A DNA stretch of 64,000 bases from Trichoplax sp. H2 (Eukaryota). Shown here piece after piece: positions 1 through 12,786 of this stretch. The notes beneath the pieces are model-generated. The model was not told where the DNA came from and did no database searches. It saw nothing but the letters and a program-made list of their open reading frames with translations. The translations under genes were made by a program, and so were the position numbers. Each line of letters begins with the position of its first letter. Position 1 is the first letter of the stretch. Where the stretch lies: assembly GCA_003344405.1 (NCBI GenBank), contig NOWV01000020.1, forward strand, positions 620,001-684,000, given 5' to 3'.

Positions 1-3000
1 TAAGACGACATGTTTAATACCGATATAGTAAGTAAATAAAATCTATTTTCCCTTAATAATGAGGAAACAGATTTCTGATAAAATCGATTTACTTATATTG
101 AATTGCTTTAGTCTTAATTAGAAAATTTTATTCTATAGAATCTACAATAATCGGATTATTTTACTAAGAATGACTTTTTGAGTTCATTGTTGTAGCTATT
201 TTAGTGGCTAATTGTAGGAGATATTTATTTTAGGTTCGCTTTCCACTGCTTTACATGATTATGATTCATAAGTTATTTGAGTAAAGGATTTTCTTTCTCT
301 TTAGTATCAATACACGTTACAAAGATAGAACTAGAATTAGCTAAAAGGCATCCATTTCCAGTGAAAATAATTATAAAATATGAAAGAATCAAATTGCCTT
401 ACTGAAGTTGGGATATCCCTTCATTATTTTAATTCTTTTTCTTTTTAATAATTGGAGATCATTTATTTTAGCCTATCATTTAACAAATATATATATGACG
501 TTGAAGATAGCGATTCATAATATGATCGATGAGTATGCTTCTTTATTTCTTAAAATAAAAAGCGGGCATTTGTTATAAGCCATAACTATATAATAGCTTA
601 AAAATGCTTCGACTTGCAATAAAAGCATTGAAACAGAAAAAGAATTAAATTTCCTTACTAAGAATGGCTTTATTAGCTCATTCTTATAGGTTTTTTCTTC
701 TATTGATTATGTTTGAGAAGTTGTTTACGCAAGGCTAACATCCATTAATTTTCCATTATGGCGATAGTTCATGGCCTACGGTACGGTATATGCTAACTTA
801 ATCGATTAAAGCGTTTTATCTGCGATTGTAAATAACTTTTATACTATTTTATGATATCATGGTGATCTGCTGTTGTTTGTAAAATTAGTAAAATGTAAAT
901 AAAACTTGGTTTTAATAGACTACCATGTATTAACTATTGTATTTCATCGCTACCTTGTAGAATGTATTTCTGTACTTTTCAGTAAGTAGTTCTTTACTTC
1001 TTGTTGAGGTGCTTAGTGAATATTAGTCAATCTTATCTTGGTTGTGCTGCCCATTTTAAGTATTACCGTATGCTAAATATTAGATTTTAGTGTTAATTCG
1101 ATCTATTCATAGCTCATTTAACATTCTTGCCTCTATTTATCTATTCAACGGTAAAGGTATTTTATTGTTAGTGACCATGACTTTCTTGTTAATTTTTATT
1201 AAAATTTACGCCTATTCTTTTTTTACTATTTATAACATGAAGAGTAAGATGATTTTTGATCATGACGATAACGATCTTATTATCTTTAAGGTCAATTGAT
1301 TTATTTTTCGTTATCTTTACCTTTTTAATCAATAGATAAAATCGAATACAGAAGGATAGTTGTCAGTCTACACTATTTCCATTGGAAATTGATAGATTGG
1401 GCGGATAGTATCGACTATACTAATTCTGTTACTTCCTCGATAGACGTTTGCATGGCGACGGCATAAAAAACAATTCATATTTTAATCATTTGTTCAGCAA
1501 TAGATCAAGAACTGAATTAACTACGACATCAAAGGATTAAATCCGATCTGTTTATTGTTATGCATTCAATGGTGACCGGGGTGGATTGATTGTTAAAATA
1601 ATTAAATGATTTATCAAGCTTTTGTGTCTTGTATTTTATCAAGCTATGGGCGACCCTGGGATTTATTCTATACCCTCATGTTAGCCACTTACTATTTAGG
1701 GTACAATTTTTGACTCTATTTCAAAGTTAAAGGTTAACTCTTTCATAGCAATTGAAACTTACAAGATCTCATTGGTGTAAATGGAAAATTAAAATTCAAT
1801 ACGATTTTAGAGCGAATACGAATTCTAATAATCTAGTCTTACTGGCTACATCTTTTTCAGGTATTTTCTACTGCGGAATGAGCCATCTTATAAGTTGTCA
1901 AGTGGTAAGAAATAAATATATTTATCATCTGGTAGCTCTGTAGATTTATTTCCGTTGAATTGTTTATGTTGATATTCGGCAACGAAACTTTTTACTTTAA
2001 TATATTCTTCTAAAGTATTATCTAGATACTGTAATGACTACTATAATTCTTTTACCGAATCATAGCCCCTAGTGCGACCTAATTCAAGCACTAACTGAGG
2101 ATAAATTCGGTTATCATATTAGAACCTTCGAAATCATAACTCAAGAATTTATCGTTTTGATTTTTAACTTACGATAGTCATTTTTCTTAATTAGTATAAA
2201 CGTAAACATATAAAGATTAAATGGAGAAAATAAGAACATTGAATGATCTCCCTCTGAGTTTATTTTATTTTATCACCTGATTTTAATAAGCGCGTGAAGT
2301 TTTTGTTTTATAGTCTTTAATATAACGTAACGATAATATTAATTTAATCATCAATTTCATTTTTATCCATGGTCAATCTCGATCGCTCTCATTTAGTTAA
2401 ATTATCTATGAGGTAGATTTTCGATACATGGACATTTAATAGCTTATTGATAATGATACTGAGAAATTTTGCCGAACAATATAGATTTAGCACTTTATTT
2501 CCAAAGAGTCTTACAAATGCTTTTCTATAATCTATTCTGGATCTGATATTACCAAACAATCCAATCTAGGCGTGAAGGTTGCTAACATTAAAAATTATTA
2601 GTACGATATGTATTTAACCTCCTACTGTGTTATCTATATGACATACTCTTAGATTAAGCTTATATTCAAATTCGACAGCGGTATTTATCATTAGTGAAAT
2701 CTCTCTATAATTATCATAGATGGTAACGCTTGAAAGTTGATTGTGATCAATTCTCACTGTATCAATCATTGACCTATAATTTATATCACCTTTAACTGTG
2801 AATGCGGTCTAGGACATTATTTAAAAAAGCAGCTCCAAACCGTACTTTTAGAAAGAATTTGATTAATAGTAATCAAAGTATTAAAAGCATCCAGAACCCT
2901 TTAATAGTGCTATGAGTAACCTAACCACCTGATTTTTAATATTATGAAGATTATTACTTGATTATGTGTTATATTTCATGTTCTGGTTTGTCTAAGTATA

Positions 3001-6000
3001 AATTAGCTAACTAGGACTGACAAAAAATCGTAAACACCTCAGAATCATCTTGACTTTTAAAGTTATGGAGCACCATATATTTCCTGAACAGTATACAGCT
3101 GTTACTTGAGTTTTAATTGTTATTATCTTATCTTCCCTCTATACTTATTGCAAGTCCTTTCAATATCGAAATTTGAGAAAGATTCACTCTCAGTGCTGTC
3201 CAGTTAGAGGCATTTGAAAAATTGTTGAACTCTTCTAATTACTAGAAATCATTTTAGTTGAGGTTAAGCTACGATTTTAAAGCTTGCAGTAATACTAGGG
3301 AAATAGTATGCTTTGATACTTGTGCATACTGAAGGAAGAAGTGAAATTCATACAGATGATATATAGCTTCGTTTATAATATTGATCAGATAAATTAGATG
3401 ATTAATTTTGATCTAAAGACGACGTTAGATGTAAAATTTCTTGATAGACTGAAGCCATAAGACTTTTTTCGATATTATAAAGCTAAAAAACTCAGTTATC
3501 GTTTTATGGATGGCAAATAAACCGACTTTGTAGAGGGAGACATCGAGCGGGCAGAGAGTGTTACAGAAAACGCTCATATTCGAGTTGGAATCTGTCTATT
3601 ATGACTCGTTATTTTATAGAGTAAAGAAATTGTGATAAAATCAGTCTTAGGTGATAGTCGTTCGATTTTCTTATTTTAGAGTTGTACTGATATTGAATAG
3701 ATTTACCTAGTGGTTGTAGAAACGAATCCTGTGACAGTAAGTGTAGAGTAAACTGCTAGATCCATAATTTCATTCAATTTAGTATTAATTATGATATCAG
3801 AAATTCATAAGAAATCCAATTGAGATAAGCGATCATTGCATTGTATTAGGATGAAAAATTTATAGCACGGATCTGCCTTAGATATTGTAAGGTTATAGAA
3901 GGATAAATATGATTGTAAAGTTATGATTCGATTTTTTGAAAGCAGCCAGAAAGTTGTCGCTAAGTCACCGACAGCAATATTACGATGCTGTAATTATTAT
4001 TAGCAGTTTTTAGCAGATTGCAAAATATGCTTTGTACTGGACTTTGCGAAGCGGTCTTATGTAGTATAAGTAAAATTGATGAGGAGTGCTACTAGTTCTT
4101 GAATTTATCTAGCCTACAGTAACTAAAGATTTCGTTTATGAAATTTCAAAATTACTACCTAGAAAATATAGTTGATGCTACCTTATACTTCATTCCTTAT
4201 CAAGAACAGCGATAAATGCTATAATAGCTAGAAAAAGCGGTATCAATTTCGGAGCATATAACTGCTGCAGAAAGATATATTCTTATATTAAGATTGCAAA
4301 TTATGGCTTTATTTCGATCAAATTAGTAACTGTGCTTATATCGAATCATCGCAGAATTTTAATTGCCTGCAAGAAGAGAATTTTGAAGGAATAAGTATTC
4401 GGAATTTTATCGCCGAATAAAGACTGTTCACGAGTAATGGAAATCCAAAAATTCTATTCGACGACAACATACTATATAGCACTCACTGAGTAGGCTTTAA
4501 TTAATATTAAGTACGCGTAAACATAATTATGGTATCGCCTACGTCTGCTCTTATGTGTTTCTTTAGCATTTACCGCACTCGATAATCTGTCATAACTTAA
4601 AACTCAATTTTGATAAACTAAAATTAATTGTAGTTACGACACTACCGTTCTATATGTATGTAGGATATCCAGAATTATTATTTTCACTTTATCATCAATC
4701 TTCGGTCTTTCTTAGCGGTTTGTCGCAACTAAGAGGACGTCTTAACCACTGGAATAGGGAGGAGCAGTGTTACCAGGAGATGAAATTTTACTATCTCTAT
4801 ACAGATATGGATGATGTTGATAGCGTTTACTCTGTTATGAAATAGCGTACAGTGATTCTCCTGTCTTTACCAAAAATTTTACGGACGATTGTTTCAATAG
4901 ATAATTGGTTGAGCAGTATTTGAAACTAGGAATTCTCGACTAGCAACGCTTACGATTTACAAAAATTTTGAGACATAATTAAAATTTACTGTAGAATCTG
5001 TTTGACCTTTTACGTTCGATCAGTAAATATTTGGTAAGAGTTTATCAAATACAGTGATAAAAATTGACAGTAGCTATATATTCACTATCAAGATTTCAAT
5101 TAGATATTCATTATGGTGCGAAGTTACTGAGTATAAATTAAAAAATGGTTCTTGCAGTTGAATTTTCGCTTTTTAAGTTTCCAAATTTCATAAGACTAAT
5201 GAAGTAATATCTCAAATTTTCTCAAATATCACTGATAATTAATAAGCTTTCAAAGTAGTTCTGTAATAAAGGCAATATGTTTAAAAAATTTTACGCTATT
5301 GCGTAATGTAATGAATATAAAGAGAATTTGCTTTAGTAATCAATGCCATCGAAAGTGTTTTGTACGTAAAAAAGATCAGCAATATAAGCTAAAAATGCTT
5401 TATGTTTTGCTAATGAATTTACTGAAACTTTAAATAAAACAATTCTGAAACAGAATGAGCTTAATTAATGATACCTTCCATTTGAATTATTATGAAGAGA
5501 TTCACTTGGCAGAGGATAGACTGTTATCACTTAATAAGCGAAGTACGTCTAGCAAAGATTGTTTCAAGCTAGCAAAATACATAGATGTTTTATTGCTGTT
5601 ATTCATAAAGATTTCATTCCTACAATTCACGTAGCTTGAATAAAAATACAGGTAATGCTAAATGAGTTTTATGACAGAAAAATTTAGATGCCAGCAAGTG
5701 CTAATACGAGGAATCTCTTGTTTTATACATGAGCTATAGCTTGCCTTTAATTTAATTTTATTGTCACTTTCGTATCATTAAGACGCGATTTTACAGTTAG
5801 TCATTATCATTATTTAGTATGGCTGTGAATATATTCAGTGTTGTCTTTGTGAAAAGAATTAATAATCGTTACGATCTATGATCAGTTTTCTTTGTATTTT
5901 TTGTCACGCGACAAATCCAAAAGTATGAATCTACTTGTAAATTTGTTATTGAGATTGTTAGTTACTTGAGTGATGAGACTTGAGAGAAATATTTTTTAAA

Positions 6001-8505
6001 TTTTATTTATTGATTATAATGTCGATAGCATCCAAAATTACCGTGAGACTAGGATTGAATACGGATTCTTTGAGCTATAATAATGTGCTTGTGAGCTTTT
6101 AGTAAAGTCTAAAAGCCGATACTGAAAAGGCATTACTTTATGAAAAACAACAAAGACTGGTTTTATTTAGGGTTATCCTTGTTTTTATGTAACTAAAATG
6201 AAATATTATTTTTATTTCTTAATTTAATCCTGCAATTGAAATGTTGACAACTACATATATTAAGATTAATTTTCAATTATAGTTGATAAATTTTTGAATT
6301 TCAAGTAACGATTAAATATATACTATTGGGTGAGCTAAGAGCTATAGATGCGAGTGCATGATAGTGTAATATAGCATTTGAAAGTCATAGTAAAATTTTA
6401 AAAATGTTTCAAATTACACGATGAACAATAGTAAAAAGTGCACATAGTATTGCAAAAATCGTCATTGCTTATGCTTGCATTGCTTCTATGCTTTTTGAAT
6501 TAGTTCTAGTAAGTAAAGGGAATCTGAATGCAGATGTAATTAATAATTTGGCTTATGACAGTTGTCGAACCTCTAGGCAGAGGCAAAGTATGGCATGCTA
6601 TTACTGATCTATTTCAACATTAAATTAGCATATGGAAGGGATGAGGAATTTTTAATGATGTGGTCGTGATCCTAAATAATTTTATAACTTCTCTACTGTG
6701 ACCACACTATAATTATCAATTTATTCCTGTATGCTATACAAAAATCCGTATTTTTCATCTATCATATTGGTTTAATAATTTTTGAATATTAAGATTATAT
6801 TTTTATTATTATCTCATAGAATAGTAAGATGATTAGTATTAACTCATCATTAGTTTAAATGTAACTCCAGCTTCCGTTACCAAGTTATGTATTTCTGTAC
6901 TTATTTAGAATACTGCAGATAAATATAGATCGAACTATCTTTTTGTCTTAAATATTAGAACAATTGTTATACCGAAATTAGCATTCTTAGTTTAAAAGCC
7001 AGTTTTTGGGATGATCAATATGAATGATACTTGAAACATAGAAGAATAAAAAATCCATGTACTGTACTAGTACTAATTATAAAGAAAGAGTAGATGACGA
7101 TGTGATGTTCAGAAAATAAGATCCGGTATTACCTATTATAGACATCCTTTCCATTCTTAGTAATACTGAAAGCTTACTTCATTCCCAAATGTCATTTACG
7201 TCATCATAGAGAACATTAACGTTGCAGATTCCACGCCACCTTTTAATTGCCTTCTACATGAATACATATGCTACTCGTAAATTTTATTCGAGGTTATTAG
7301 AGACATCAACTTATAATTCTTCTACGGTATTAGTTAGAGCTATAGTTTATTGTGGTTGTATGTTAATAAAATTTTGCAATATCAGAAACTTGTATCATTT
7401 TGATACGGCTTAAAAAACTGGTGTCGAGATAGTCGAGTCATTAGGCAAGTAATCTTCACTATTTAATGGTTCATCTTTTTATTATACATGTACTTATAAT
7501 TTTTGTTAGAACCTTGTAGAGATTTGAAACTGTCCATATATTAGCGTACAGTAGTTGATATCAGCTAATGTTATGTACAATAATAGTATTAATTTGATAT
7601 GATTATAAATTTTTGATAAGGCGATAACAACTAGGGTTTTCATTTGCGTATACTTATCAATAACAGACGGCAATAATGATTTTATTAAAATTTCTCTTCT
7701 TTCACAATTTTCTATTTTCAACTTTCGTGTAATTCTTTTCCCTATTTGCGTAAAATATGACGACATTACAAAGTTATAGTTACTTTCTCAGTTATGGCAA
7801 GTCTGTTAAATATTGGACTAGTTTCTTTTCTTGTTGGGTGCCTTTCAATTTTTTATAACAATTTATGGTATACTTATTCTCTGTCAGATTTGCTGCTAAT
7901 TACAACGTAGAAATTTATTTATGAAACTTTAAATTTTTAGTTAACTTATTTCTACTATTGTTTTGATTTCATCTTAGATTTTTATGCGTTGTTATTACTT
8001 TAAGTTATTTACTAGCCATACCACTCATTTTGTGAACAATGCATTCATCTTCTTAAATTATGCAGCTCGATTGTGTATTGATCAATGCTAAAATTAGTAT
8101 CTTTGCTAAGTATATTTTAAATGGTAAAAATTGACAGAGTGGATAAATCATTATTTCAGATTAACTAATAGTTTCTCTCCTAATACAGCTACGAAATAGT
8201 AGTACTGTTTTTAGGCGTATTATAGCATCTTATTTGTTATTCATTCGCTTCAAGTCCGTTGATATTAACTTTTTACGATCTATTTATTTTATTAATATTA
8301 TTATTTCTACTAAAGTATTATAGCTTTTGGATATATGATTTTAATTTATTGCGCTTCTATTTAGCAATCTTGATTAATCTATATTGTTTACAGTAATTTA
8401 TTTTCTCTAATTTTTATTTTTGATACAGGAGCGTTAAGAATTCATGGTCATGACTAATATCCAGTATTGAAATTAACATCGGCAGGAAAACATTAAAGAA
8501 GAAAA

Positions 8506-9492
8506 ATGTCTAATCTTCCCGTTAATACTACCTTTCCTCCACAAGTTTATGTCTTGGATATTCCTACTGCTGTTGTTTGGTCGTTAATAGGAGCTGCTAT
8601 TATTATAAATAATTTAACTGTTATGGTTATTATTATAAGTAAGAAAAAATTATATACACCGACCAATATAATTATGTGTAGTATGTTCTTTGACAATATC
8701 TTGTTCGCTTGCGTTTATATCTATCCACGTTTTACTAATCCGCGATTCATCCAAAGCTGGTTATACTGTTCATTGACGACCGTAGTTGGCCCAATGTCAT
8801 TAGCCATCATTAACTTGCATTTAATGTCAGCAAGTCTCGATAAACTAATAGCAATGGAATATCCAGTTATGTATAGAAATTACTCATCGGTTAAAGTATC
8901 CATAACTATTACAATAATAATTTGGATTGTCGCTCTTTTTACGTCTTTTTTGCCTATATTTACATATCGACAATTACGTGCTGGAGTTTGCATACAATGG
9001 TTATCAGGAAATCAACAATATAAGGAACAAATCTATAATTATGTTATTATTTGCGCATTCTTTATCATTCCTAACATAGTAATGGTTTATAGTTATGTAC
9101 GAGTTTATATGATTGCTAAATCTCACTCGATTGGTGATGATAAAATTAAAGCAACATATAAGCGGGATTCAAGGCATCATTATAAGACAGCCTACGTCTT
9201 AATGACTCTAGCAATAGTATATTTTGTGACTTGGACACCATTTGTTGTGTGTTACATTTTTTCATTAGCTATAACGCCAGATGATCTAATTCATGGGCGG
9301 TATCCATTTTATCCGACAGCTGTCCGAGTTAGTCAGTATTTAGCTTTTAGTTATCCAGCAATTAATCCTATCTTGTATGGTTATTTTATTCCAACAATTC
9401 GGCGAGTTTTTATGAAAGTATACCAAAGCACTTGCCATCCTAATCGAGTCCATGTCCAATCTGTTGATGGATTTGGAATGAGATCGACATAA
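8506..9492 (+). CDS. Rhodopsin-class (class A) GPCR, 328 aa, intronless CDS
   Basis: Seven hydrophobic segments; TM1 Asn (IIINN), TM3 Cys (LYCSL), DRY-like DKL, TM6 TWTP, TM7 NPILY; N-terminal NTT sequon. Polypyrimidine tract plus acceptor (ttttgatacag) at ~8428 implies a 5'-UTR intron. AATAAA at 9678. Confidence 0.93.
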   Translation: MSNLPVNTTFPPQVYVLDIPTAVVWSLIGAAIIINNLTVMVIIISKKKLYTPTNIIMCSMFFDNILFACVYIYPRFTNPRFIQSWLYCSLTTVVGPMSLAIINLHLMSASLDKLIAMEYPVMYRNYSSVKVSITITIIIWIVALFTSFLPIFTYRQLRAGVCIQWLSGNQQYKEQIYNYVIICAFFIIPNIVMVYSYVRVYMIAKSHSIGDDKIKATYKRDSRHHYKTAYVLMTLAIVYFVTWTPFVVCYIFSLAITPDDLIHGRYPFYPTAVRVSQYLAFSYPAINPILYGYFIPTIRRVFMKVYQSTCHPNRVHVQSVDGFGMRST

Positions 9493-11436
9493 TCAAGTAT
9501 ATTTCAGATTTGCTAAGGATGATTTTGAAATATTTCGTTATTGTTACTAGTATTCATTTTGTTACGTTGTCATATATCGCTAATATATTGTATTTATATT
9601 CATTAGTATCGCTATAATATCTATGTCGATACGTTTTGTAAATTGAGTATTCATCTTGTATCTGTTAGAGTTACAAGAATAAATAAAATTGAAATTTTAA
9701 AATATAACTGATTTGATTGGACTGCAATGGCTTTAAAAGATCTTCAACCTAGCAGATAATTTGATCTTAATTACAAAGTTTTGAGAGAGGCGTGCAGTAT
9801 TGGTTCTTTGGCTATTAAATTTGTTAATAGGATTCATTTGATTGGATGAATTTCATAAGAACTTTCCTGACGACAGCAAAGTATTAGCTTAAAGCATTTT
9901 GGACGATATTCATTTTATTGATTGAGTATCGAGAAGAAATAGTGACAATAGCCTATTCGTTCTAAATAACAGTGTAGTAGCTTCCGTCTTAAAGGAGCTG
10001 CCGCTACTGTATTCCCTCATGGGTAGACAAACAAACCTCGCAAGTAATAATGGCTGGGTATGCTGAAAGATGAAGCATTTCAGCTGGCAAATACAATTAT
10101 AGAAGATTTTTTTATTTTTAATATGTATAAACTGAAGAGAAATGTAAACTATAGGAGATTATTCAATTATTTTTGTTGATAGTAGTACTGTAGTTTTGAT
10201 ATTATAGCAAGATATACTATACTGGCCAGACTTTACATATTCTACCACGGTGCGCTCATAATAAAAAAGCGATAGAGAAATTAGATGAACGCATTCTTCC
10301 AAGCTATTTTCAGTTATTTGTCAAGATAATTATGAGCACACGGCATTCATTAGGCAATAACATGTGTGATAAGTTCTTGAGCAAGTGTAGAGACAGCGTA
10401 TTAGCAAAGCATAGAACTTTATTAAGACTTATAAGTACGAACTAATAAAATATGGCAGTAACGCTCATATATATATTCTATCATGGAATATTATTTTAGA
10501 ACTTGTTAGTGGCTATTATATTATACATAGAATGAGTACTCTAGAAGGTTCTGCATGCATTTGAGGTTCGAATGCGTGCACATCGAAGATTGATCCTTAC
10601 GAAGTCACTCTACTAATACTTTGACAACATGCAAAAAATGTGATTTCAATCAGAGGTTCCTTTCGCTTTTGAATTTTCAGATTATCATTAACGATCAATT
10701 TGTTCATTGGTATTGGTGTCGATATTAAGTACGCATATCGGCAGTTTTAGTTGATACAGTTATGCCCTACATCACCTACTATTCGATTGTAGTTCATTTA
10801 ATCCTATTTTAATTCTATATCCACGGATAAGTAGAAATTGAACCATATTAACTTCTCTGTTATCCATTTCCTGGATTAACTGTTAAACAGTATTTGTTTA
10901 AATTGGTTTCATCATTTCCAGCATTTCGTCCACGTGATTTGCATCGTAGTGTCCTCCCCATGGACAAGGTATTTGATGACGCTATTAGTAATAGATTACG
11001 TTATTGTTTGAGAATTTAAAATGTTACTTAATTTACTGGCAAAGGTATGATTTCAGTGATACAGTAAGCAAGCTGTCAATGGAAACTAGTGTAATCAAGT
11101 AATTGCTATTGAGACTATCGTCGTAACATTCTTTTTATGCTTGAACTGTGACTTTGGATGCTGTAGGATTAATCGGCTATATATACGGTACAGTATACTC
11201 CATTCTATTCTATATGCCCAGTATTGGAAAGGCGGAAGTGCTAAGATTTTTAACGAAAATTTAGCCTGTCTATGACTATTCAAGTACTTTGACTACCCCT
11301 TTTATTGGCAATTACAGGAAATTGACCACAATTTGTAAGTTTCGTATACTGTACATCATTGATTTAATAGATTGCCTAATAACAGAGAGCTTTGCCATTA
11401 ATCACTCTTTTAATTGATATGTTGATAATACTCTAC

Positions 11437-11724
11437 ATCAAATGCTTTGTATCAATTCTATTCTAAAAATACTTGTACTTTTTTTAAGCGTAAATAGAAT
11501 ATTGTAACACTTTATAAGGACTATTACTAGTCTATGGTATTGTAGTGTATAGTTCATTAACCCTATGATATAAATCTGCTGTAAATCAAATGCTTTGTAT
11601 CAATTCTATGCTAAGAATGCTTGTACGCTTTTTTTTTAGTATCAACAGAATATTGTAAGACCGTATAATTACTATTACTAGTCCATGGTATTGTAGTGCA
11701 TAGTTTATTAACCCTATCATATAA
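11437..11724. repeat. Two-copy direct repeat, ~148-bp period
   Basis: atcaaatgctttgtatcaattcta...gaatattgtaa...ctattactagtc.atggtattgtagtg.atagtt.attaaccctat.atataa occurs at 11437 and at 11585. Confidence 0.85.
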
Positions 11725-11861
11725 CTACTGTAATTAGCCAAAATTATTACAGGATAGATTGCTGAATTCCTGACTGATGCCACGTTGAATCAGTCAGACT
11801 TCGATTATAATTTATAACTAGGTGATTCGCACATGAAATACTTTGGGTGTGTGCACTTTAC

Positions 11862-11953
11862 CAGGTACTGCTCGAAAGAGATTCGTGACACTCGAAATCA
11901 TAGGGGTAGAAAAAAATTCTACTGCCACGGCTGAAACTTTCGAGTTGTCCATG
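11862..11953. mobile_element. Putative MITE-like element (92 bp), copy 1
   Basis: Left end CAGGTACTGCTCGAAA; right end TTTCGAGTTGTCCATG (reverse complement CATGGACAACTCGAAA); flanks actttac / actgtag. Left end is 15/16 identical to that of the element at 16319. Confidence 0.5.
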
Positions 11954-12786
11954 ACTGTAGTACAGTGATAAATACGTATAACCTATACACTCCCTATACA
12001 TTCTAGTACATCGTCGCAAAAATGAAGTTCATTACAAGGTAAAACACTTTCAGCCATCGTATCCAGGGATTGGAGAAAAGAGTCCCTACAGTAGGTATCC
12101 CCATTTCAGTTTGTAACTTGCTTGTCGTTCTTCAACAAAATGCCGCCGGCAAGTGTTGGTGGGTGTGTAACGTGATAACTAACTTGATGGATGTCTGATA
12201 CCATGTGTATTTCAGCATAATAGTCTCTGCTTTGGTCTGCATATTGTTGATCTACTATCCAATATAGTAGATAGTATAGAATATTTAGAACTTGATGGCA
12301 GTCATGAGATCCAAGTCTCTGGCAGGCCTAGTTTCGTCAACCGCACTCACTACCGTGCTTGAAATGAGTCAGTACAGGCGCTAAGTTACATCAGCGGTCA
12401 TGCACATAGGGTTAAAGGACTAACTCGAGTCAGTTCACTGCAAGCATCGAATAGGAGTTTACCAAATTACAATTTTCGATTAGCTTACGATTTGACCTTT
12501 GTATCGGATAGGTGCTAGATTGGTCGTATTGGCTATTGCAGTTGATATTCTCTTCAAGCAAAGTACGTTCCTGTAGGGTGCCATCATTCGACTGATAGTA
12601 TTAACATTGCTTTTATCAATTGCTACACGTTCTACAGTACAAGTGATTGTGTGTCTGACCAATACTATAATTTATAGAAGAACTTGGTATCGACACTCTG
12701 GTATCAATACGATCCATTTGGAAAGTAGGCTATTCCTGTTAACTGCTTCCACTCTTTCAACGCTATCCTATCTAAAAAGACAAGTC

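Noticed and set aside
1090..7766. Short ORFs (60-90 aa) in the first 8 kb
   Set aside because: AT-biased composition (I/L/F/Y/N/K), several non-ATG starts, and no motifs or coherent exon chains.
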